64,000 nucleotides of DNA from an uncultured Ignavibacteria bacterium (GTDB lineage: Bacteria > Zixibacteria > MSB-5A5 > CAIYYT01), in the NCBI GenBank assembly GCA_964576925.1, contig CAZNWJ010000001.1:91915-155914 (forward strand), given 5' to 3'. Below the pieces are notes generated by a model that saw only the letters and a program-made list of their open reading frames with translations, searched no databases and was not told the DNA's origin. Position numbers and translations under genes: made by a program. Positions 63,861 to 64,000 of the stretch are shown here, one piece after another. Positions within the stretch are counted from its first letter, which is position 1; each line of letters starts with the position of its first letter.

Positions 63861-64000
63861 GGACATACTCGTGCAATTGATCTGTGGGCCGCGGGTGTTG
63901 TCTCGGCCACTTATCGCATGCATTATATCAGATTGGCGTTACTCCGGCTATCTACTTTGCGCGCCCGAATATAAAATCCACTCCTGTCAGTTTTCCCTTG

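Noticed and set aside
1-64000. CRISPR arrays, rRNA, tRNA, prophage or integrase genes
   Set aside because: No regularly spaced direct repeats, no tRNA-like cloverleaf candidates found in intergenic regions by eye, and no integrase/recombinase ORFs. The absence is from visual reading only and a tRNAscan/CRISPR scan was not possible.

Overview
GC-rich bacterial chromosomal window (~58% GC by eye). It is gene-dense on both strands with about 60 protein-coding genes. I saw no rRNA, tRNA or CRISPR. Housekeeping genes (ettA, miaB, ileS-lspA-rluD, yggS-divIVA, gcvT, comB, a PNP, a fused 2-oxoacid dehydrogenase E1 alpha/beta) are interspersed with many lipoproteins and secreted proteins (DUF1573, DUF4398-like, tandem L,D-transpeptidases, OM beta-barrels), which suggests a diderm from a poorly characterised lineage. 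The main highlight is a ~17 kb minus-strand operon-like locus at 20174-37003 encoding a type VI secretion-like contractile apparatus: FHA protein, degenerate Ser/Thr kinase, ClpV split into two ORFs, TssB, TssC, Hcp-like tube protein, VgrG, TssE, TssF, TssG and TssK. No recognisable TssJ, TssM or TssA is present. Instead the locus ends with a tail-anchored membrane protein, a membrane-anchored Ras-like GTPase with a periplasmic domain, and an unknown 269-aa protein. This is a candidate non-canonical T6SS subtype. Other notable content: (1) a REP-associated tyrosine transposase (RAYT) flanked by inverted GTAG-type REP elements, plus a third solo REP copy 38 kb away; (2) a redox/iron-stress gene neighbourhood (DUF1858, DUF438-hemerythrin-PAS, NapH-like polyferredoxin, Crp/Fnr, NifU-like, rubrerythrin-like, a short TrxR-like flavoprotein lacking an NAD(P)H domain); (3) a promoter-to-terminator ~190 nt candidate leader/sRNA at 5064-5285; (4) an Mrp/ApbC-DUF971 fusion next to an Nfu carrier. 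All protein family calls come from reading the translated ORFs and recalling family motifs; no database search was run.
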